From Octopus sinensis (lineage: Eukaryota): a stretch of 64,000 nt of DNA. Positions 61,306 to 64,000 of this stretch are shown piece after piece. The notes under the pieces were generated by a model that searched no databases, was not told the origin of the DNA, and saw nothing but the letters and a program-made list of their open reading frames with translations. The number at the start of each line of letters is the position of its first letter. Position 1 is the first letter of the stretch. The position numbers and the translations under genes were made by a program. The DNA lies in assembly GCF_006345805.1 (NCBI RefSeq), contig NC_043019.1, positions 29,263,360 through 29,327,359 of the forward strand, in the 5' to 3' direction.

Positions 61306-64000
61306 GCACACACATATATACATATATCATAATGGGCTTCCACAAAGTTTCCTGCAACCGACTTGCATACAGAAAGCTTTTTACTCAACTGGAAACTGTG
61401 ACCATAAACACTTCTGTAAGGTGCTATGCAATGAGATTGAACCAGAAACTACACAGTTGCAAAGCAAACTGATTAGCCACCCAGCCACATCTGCCTGATC
61501 GGAAACATTCAGCTGAACGCTTCCTTCACGGATAATGAATAAAATACAAGTAAATCATCAATTCTCTGTGACATGAAAGAGTACAGAGTTGTTGTAGACA
61601 TACTGGTTGAAGAACACAATAAAGACATTTGTAGACTTTGAGAAATATGGTCTCACACTGGTACTGGCTTTTCAAGCAAATCTAAGTGATGTCTCCAAAG
61701 AACCTGACAACTTACAAATGAAATTGATTGAGTTCTAGTTAGATGATGTTCTGATGTCGCAATTTGAAATATGGAAAACACTGCTGTATATCTACGCTAA
61801 TAACGGCGTCGTGAATTAATGAGGGAGACTCGTTTTGGTCACACGATTTGCTAGAAATAGCAGCAAATTGTTTCTTATTATTTCCAAACAAAAAAAAAAA
61901 AAATGGAAAGATAAAGACACTTTGGATAGTGTAGAATGGGTTACATTGTATCTGAATTAATAAAAAGAGAAACAAAAAACAAATGATCATGGCTGGAATG
62001 CTTTTTAACATAGTTCTCTTTAATTAGGGCTGATCTAATGGTAAACAACAACAACAACATGTTCTTCTGGTGTTGCTTTGTTTTGGCACAACCTACTTTT
62101 GAAAATTGATGGATTTTTTTTTTTTTTTGTTAATGTTTAATACAAATTAAAATGTCTTTGAGATATCTTAGATAACAAAAACATTTCCTGAAGGACCAAT
62201 TAAAAACCATACTGAACAATAATGGAGCCAAATATCTGATTCCTATTTCACAGTGTGCAGTCACAAAAAATTGTTTCTTGTTTTTCTGTTTATCATTAGT
62301 ATTATTATCAACTTGTTCAAACAAATAAGTGGTCTTTTATTTTCCCCTAAATATTTATTTTGTCTAAAGATATCATATGCTAACATGTATATGATGAACC
62401 ATCATATGAATACAGAAGAAATAAATTGAGATCTTGCAACAGAAAAAAAAACAACAAAGAAGTGGTTACCACCATAATATTGTACATCCGCTTAGTGATT
62501 CTCTCAATATTTTAACCAACAATTGACATAATTATTTTTAATTAGATGTTACATGCTCTCAACATTAAACATATTAATGTTAGCTCAACCAAAATATTAA
62601 TACTCATTATCTGCTAAAAGTACATTCATACCACCTGTTCTGGAATTATTACTTAGCCATAACTCATACACACAGCCTCCTCCATTTCCTCTTAGTGATC
62701 AGTCTAGTTTAGACACATTTATCCAAGATGACAAATCCCAGTGGTGTAGTACTCTCTCTTTCTCTTTGTCTCTCTACAAGAATCTATCCAAATTTTTGGA
62801 ATTCGATAGTGTCTCTCATCATATCATACTTGGTAGAATAAAAAAAAACACACACACACATGAACATATTAGATGCATGCCAATTTCAGCAGTGTATATT
62901 TAGAGGAAGGGAATAACCCTTTGTAATGCATTAAAGCTTATAGAAGGCCCAACTTCACATACAGGACCTGGGGTGATATTTTTGGGGGAGAAAATAGTGT
63001 CCTACATGCCATTAACTATGGTATCTTAACTTCAAACATAAAAAAAATACAGGAAAAGAAGCACAAAAATTTTTTCAAGTGTTCACAAGGATGTTTGAAT
63101 TTGATGGTAATCTTCGATTAGGGGCCGAGAGATGTTATTTTCCAGGCCTCTGCTCATAAAATATATATATATGTTAGCATACACTCTTATTCAAATTTCA
63201 AAATGACTTAAGTGAATAAGTACAGCAGCAACTACGGCATTCAAACCAAGTCTACCTTGCTGCCTCTGCTGTAGCTATTACCAGAATCAAAGAATCTACA
63301 GACGAGCCAAGAGAAATTTTTGGTCATTCAACATGCAAGAAACAGAAACCATATCTCCCTCACATACGTCATATCAAGTGATCAACCAGACTATCTAATG
63401 TTGTTATACATCACTGGTCACAATGCACTTAGCATCATTTCAGCTTTTGAATGATACCACCTTGCTGGCTAGGTGAGCAGGCTATATATATACCTCGTAT
63501 AGATTACTTATTTTAAGATTGCCAATCAGTCAGTCAGTCTTTCTCGGGATGTAATCTGAGAAGTCTGTATGCACAGTAGCAACACTGTACGAATGTTGGG
63601 ACAGTGTTCCATCATGGATCACCTGTGATCACAGTTTTATTTTGATTATGATTGTAATTGATCTGGGTCTAAGCAACAACAGCAACTTCTCAAATTTCAG
63701 GTTGCAAGCTTAATTTGTTGGCCAGATTACCACCACCTAGCCCTTGGTGTGTCTACAACACATATTCAAACGAGGTCTTCAGTTTAAAGATACATTCCTC
63801 CCACAAATCAAAGAAGCTTTGAAAGGGTTCTGTATATTCCTTTTCCTCTTCTGAGCAGGCCATTAATTAAGACAGACTAAAAAATGATATTTAATCATAA
63901 CATTTGTAACATAAAAATTAAGAAACATTTAGAATTGAAAAAAAAAATCAACAAATAACTTACATCTATATTACATATAACTGTATCTAGACGCCATGAT

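Noticed and set aside
63746-63856. Minus-strand short ORF MACSEEEKEYTEPFQSFFDLWEECIFKLKTSFEYVL
   Set aside because: Only 36 codons, with no good donor and no recognisable family.

Overview
AT-rich, repeat-dense eukaryotic DNA with no prokaryotic features. The SINE, RTE and mariner families and the microsatellite load point to an octopus genome (inference, not database-confirmed). Most of the window looks intronic or intergenic. I can support one host protein-coding exon: minus strand 15870-16083, canonical AG/GT, a coiled-coil with a 14-residue ERD repeat resembling DLG5/CARMA-type MAGUKs. The rest is largely nested transposon debris: two full-length decayed mariners, a split mariner, DD37D maT and Tc1 remnants, RTE, CR1-like and HERO-like LINE ends, three tRNA-SINE families, TTAA MITEs and microsatellites. 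Nearly all ORFs in the supplied track are microsatellite or TE artefacts. The most interesting signals are a candidate recursive splice site (AG|GTAAGT at 57041), inverted young SINEs bracketing the exon, several near-perfect fold-back hairpins and palindromes, an old local duplication, and a Hsmar1-like mariner. I found no clearly new biological system. TE boundaries are approximate unless TIRs or TSDs are quoted.
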